Positions 58,553-61,108 of a stretch of DNA of 61,108 bases are shown here, piece after piece. This DNA is from an uncultured Caulobacterales bacterium. GTDB taxonomy: Bacteria; Pseudomonadota; Alphaproteobacteria; Caulobacterales; Parvularculaceae. The translations under genes and the position numbers were made by a program. How positions within the stretch are numbered: position 1 is the first letter of the stretch; each line of letters begins with the position of its first letter. The stretch is taken from positions 1 through 61,108 of the forward strand of contig CAYFHK010000001.1 in the NCBI GenBank assembly GCA_964342585.1. The letters run 5' to 3'. The notes beneath the pieces were generated by a model that was not told the DNA's origin, made no database searches, and saw only the letters and a program-made list of their open reading frames with translations.

Positions 58553-58575
58553 GGCTGCCCTCTTCAAACCCCGCG

Positions 58576-59013
58576 TTACAAAAGCCCTAGCTCTGATAGC
58601 TCGCGATGAAGGCGCTGGCTATCGTCGCGGACATCACCACTATCGGGCGGGGCATCGTCTGGTTCGAGGTAGCGCCATCCTTGGAAAGGCCGACGGGGCC
58701 AGGGCTGAACCGGGATAAGCGCTCGATCGAGCGCAATCCGGCATTTCTGGGTGCCGTCGTCGACCGTTATGCGGTCAAGACCGGTAATCCGCTGTCGCAC
58801 AGCGAAATAGCCGTCAATCACCCAATAAATCGAGCCGCCCGCCAGCACATCGGCCTCGCGACGCGGATACATCCGTATCACGTGCCAGGGCGCGGGTTCT
58901 TTCACACCTTCACTCCGGGCCCTCTCCATCAAGTGAGATTGCCACGCCGAAAGGTCATCGACGCTTTTCGCGCCAACGCACAATTTCGCGATATGACAGA
59001 CTGATGCGCTCAA
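58576..59013 (-). CDS. DUF1489 family protein
   Basis: KLCVG..L..W..RM.PRR..GGSIYWVI..RPFQGWRYL pattern. Confidence 0.9.
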   Translation of the reverse strand: MSASVCHIAKLCVGAKSVDDLSAWQSHLMERARSEGVKEPAPWHVIRMYPRREADVLAGGSIYWVIDGYFAVRQRITGLDRITVDDGTQKCRIALDRALIPVQPWPRRPFQGWRYLEPDDAPPDSGDVRDDSQRLHRELSELGLL

Positions 59014-59022
59014 GCACGAAAT

Positions 59023-60048
59023 TTAGTTCGTGTGGCGCACGCGGGCAACTTCTACGGCGCGCTGTTTTTTCAAGCTATGCCGCGTGGCGCGTTTGGCCAG
59101 CACGTATAAAATGAAATAGCACGCTGCAGCCCCCGTTCCGAACAGCCAAAGCGGTAAATCCGCGTACAAACGGTCCATCAGGCTGTTGCCAATCCCGACC
59201 GATGCCAAAAGGTCCGGCCAGCGAGTTTGCAAAAAGAAGACGCCGGAGAGCCCCGTCATTAAAAAGGCCATGATGCCTGCCATCGCAGCCCCGATGGTCA
59301 CGCCAATATCTTCGCGCTCTTCCGCCTTTGAGATGATCATCTTGCTCGGATCGCCCGTCAGCGCTTGCGACGCGTGATAGAGCGATTGCAATCGCGCCTC
59401 GCGTTCAGACGCGGTCAGCGATCGGCCATGGTCACGGCGAAATTCTTTGAGATCGAACAGGGGGGCGTTGTCGATTGCGTCCTCGCTGCGGATTGCACCG
59501 TCGCATTCATCCGCCGGGATCACTTCAGACGTTGGCACCACCAATTCCGCATCGGTGGGCATGAGAAACAATGATTTCTCTGCCGCGCGCCGACGCACCA
59601 AGCCATCGAGTTTGACGAGCTTCCCGTCGACCCGCGCCCTGGTCCACCGCTCAAAAGCATCGGCAGCACCCAGCTTATCACCGTCATTAAGCTTAGCGAG
59701 GACGGTCGAGCGGCGGAAGTTTTTCTCACCGATGTTGAAGATCAGGGAGACCAGCGCATCGTGCTCATTCTGGTTGAGCGGGGCGCGCACGGTGGTTTTG
59801 ATGACGTCTTCAATCGGCTTGATGTCGTCGGAAAGGAGACGGCTTGCCTCCTTCTCCGTCACGCTCATGCCCTTGGCCGCCGTGGATTTGTGACCGTATC
59901 CGACCGTCCAATACTCTTCGGCGCCGCCATCTGGATGTGCGCTCGGGCGCGTCTCGGACTGTGCGGAAAGACGCAAGCCCTCATACGCTTTGATCAGATT
60001 AAGGCCGGTATCCCCCGTTCTCATTAGGTCGAACCCACTCCACGACAC
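59023..60048 (-). CDS. spmX: SpmX-like protein (GH24 muramidase + linker + 2 C-terminal TM)
   Basis: LIKAYEG..WTVGYGH, LNQNEHDALVSLIFNIG and GLVRRRAAEKSLFL, followed by two TM helices. Start is 60048 or 60024. Confidence 0.8.
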   Translation of the reverse strand: MSWSGFDLMRTGDTGLNLIKAYEGLRLSAQSETRPSAHPDGGAEEYWTVGYGHKSTAAKGMSVTEKEASRLLSDDIKPIEDVIKTTVRAPLNQNEHDALVSLIFNIGEKNFRRSTVLAKLNDGDKLGAADAFERWTRARVDGKLVKLDGLVRRRAAEKSLFLMPTDAELVVPTSEVIPADECDGAIRSEDAIDNAPLFDLKEFRRDHGRSLTASEREARLQSLYHASQALTGDPSKMIISKAEEREDIGVTIGAAMAGIMAFLMTGLSGVFFLQTRWPDLLASVGIGNSLMDRLYADLPLWLFGTGAAACYFILYVLAKRATRHSLKKQRAVEVARVRHTN

Positions 60049-60115
60049 GGCTTCCTGGTTTCCTTAACACGCGGCAATCCGGCTGAACAGTCAATCGCCG
60101 CGCGTTAACCTCGTT

Positions 60116-60131
60116 TGGCAACGAAATTGCA
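60116..60131 (+). promoter_or_regulatory. Putative sigma54 (-24/-12) promoter
   Basis: TGGCAACGAAATTGCA gives GG-N10-GC with TTGCA, oriented toward the ORF at 60218. Confidence 0.6.
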
Positions 60132-60217
60132 ATCTTCGGCTTTTTCGCGGAGAAAAAACACAGGGTTTTCGGGGGTTTCCCTCAAAGTGACTTTGGCGCG
60201 AAGAGCGAACGAGTGAA

Positions 60218-61108
60218 ATGTTTAACACGGTCACACGCGTAGCAGGTATCGCGGTTGTTGGTGGCGTGGCGCTGTTCGCTGGCTATTCCCTTTGGGAGGG
60301 CCGGCCAAGCTCTTCTGGTGATGAACCCGCGGCTGAAACCGTTGCTGAAGCGAACGGCACAGACACCCAAGGCTTCGGCGGGACACCAGAAGGCACGAGC
60401 CCTCTCTCTTTTGAGGAGGGGCAAGACGGCGAAGCCGTACGACCCGCGGAAGATGACGGTGACCCGGTCATCGCCGACGCCCCTCTTCCGCCAGAAGATG
60501 AGACCGAAGCCGAACGGATCGCCCGTCTCGGCGAGGGCGGCCTTCTCGATGACGACGAGCGCCCAGACCTGCCCACCGATGGCGAGGCACAGCGGGCACC
60601 TGATGTGAGAAGCGGGGGGTTACGCGGCCTCCCCGTACCGCAGGATCCGACTGTATCGGTCGCGGAAGCAGAGGATGGCGCCGAGCCGGCGCGGGAAACT
60701 GTCGCTGCAGTCAGCGAGGTGTCGAAAACCGAAGCGGCGGCCGATGAACCGGCCTCGACAACGGAAGTGGCGACCGACGAGAGCGGTCCTTCATCAGAAG
60801 ATGCGCAAACCGCCGTCGCCGATGCAGATGTGCCGATGGAACGCAATCCTCTGCGTCAAGACAAACCCGATAGCGCCCAGTCATTCGCCGCCAACACAAA
60901 ACAAACCGATAAGCCAGATGACGGCAAATTCTTCACGGCCAATTCGGAGAAGATCGACAAACCCGACGATGGCGATTTCTTCACCGATCGGCAGACGGCT
61001 TCATCGCTTGACCCCTGCATCAAGGCTGACGGCACACGGTATACCGGCCCCGGCACGGTGACCAACCCGTTCGACACGTCAAACCCGTGTCTTCCGCAGG
61101 CGACCGAT
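60218..61108 (+). CDS. Partial hypothetical membrane-anchored acidic protein (runs off window)
   Basis: Frame opens at ATG 60218 (MFNTVTRVAGIAVVGGVALFAGYSLW...) with no stop before the window end. Absent from the ORF track. Confidence 0.8.
   Translation, partial: MFNTVTRVAGIAVVGGVALFAGYSLWEGRPSSSGDEPAAETVAEANGTDTQGFGGTPEGTSPLSFEEGQDGEAVRPAEDDGDPVIADAPLPPEDETEAERIARLGEGGLLDDDERPDLPTDGEAQRAPDVRSGGLRGLPVPQDPTVSVAEAEDGAEPARETVAAVSEVSKTEAAADEPASTTEVATDESGPSSEDAQTAVADADVPMERNPLRQDKPDSAQSFAANTKQTDKPDDGKFFTANSEKIDKPDDGDFFTDRQTASSLDPCIKADGTRYTGPGTVTNPFDTSNPCLPQATD
60860..60985 (+). repeat. Imperfect 48-bp (16-aa) tandem repeat, about 2.6 copies
   Basis: DKPDSAQSFAANTKQT / DKPDDGKFFTANSEKI / DKPDDGDFFT starting at 60860, 60908 and 60956. 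Confidence 0.75.

Noticed and set aside
57951-58718. 255-aa plus-strand ORF
   Set aside because: Antisense to two better-supported minus-strand genes; Ser/Ala-rich shadow composition.

Overview
This is a gene-dense, GC-rich core-chromosome window from an alphaproteobacterium. The spmX, tipN-like, mipZ and lmdC-bacA genes point to the Caulobacterales/Parvularculales lineage (inference). It holds about 55 CDSs and one tRNA-Trp. I saw no mobile elements, prophage or CRISPR array. Housekeeping blocks are bamB-yfgM, panC, nfeD-SPFH, ptsP-lysC, ubiG, comEC/gltX-gltA, NAD kinase, an Mla/PqiC-type ABC system, pip, mreBCD-mrdA-rodA, a yhdP-like gene and bcp. Cell-polarity and morphogenesis genes are also present. 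The most unusual stretch is about 24.9-39.1 kb, where four intact, full-length ORFs have lost their canonical catalytic residues: an EAL protein, a CPA1 antiporter, a crotonase with an apparent ATC start codon, and a CHASE2 adenylate cyclase. They lie beside an orphan phage-holin-like gene, a voltage-gated channel with a TLEGWRD (Ca2+-channel-like) filter, and a TipN-like gene behind a perfect CtrA box. Other points of interest are a GYF_2 + Cas2/VapD-like fusion in a PilZ-OmpR-EnvZ operon, an SpmX with a 10-aa insertion in its catalytic loop, and a sigma54-type promoter in front of an acidic repeat protein that the ORF track missed. All calls come from reading motifs by eye. No database searches were run.
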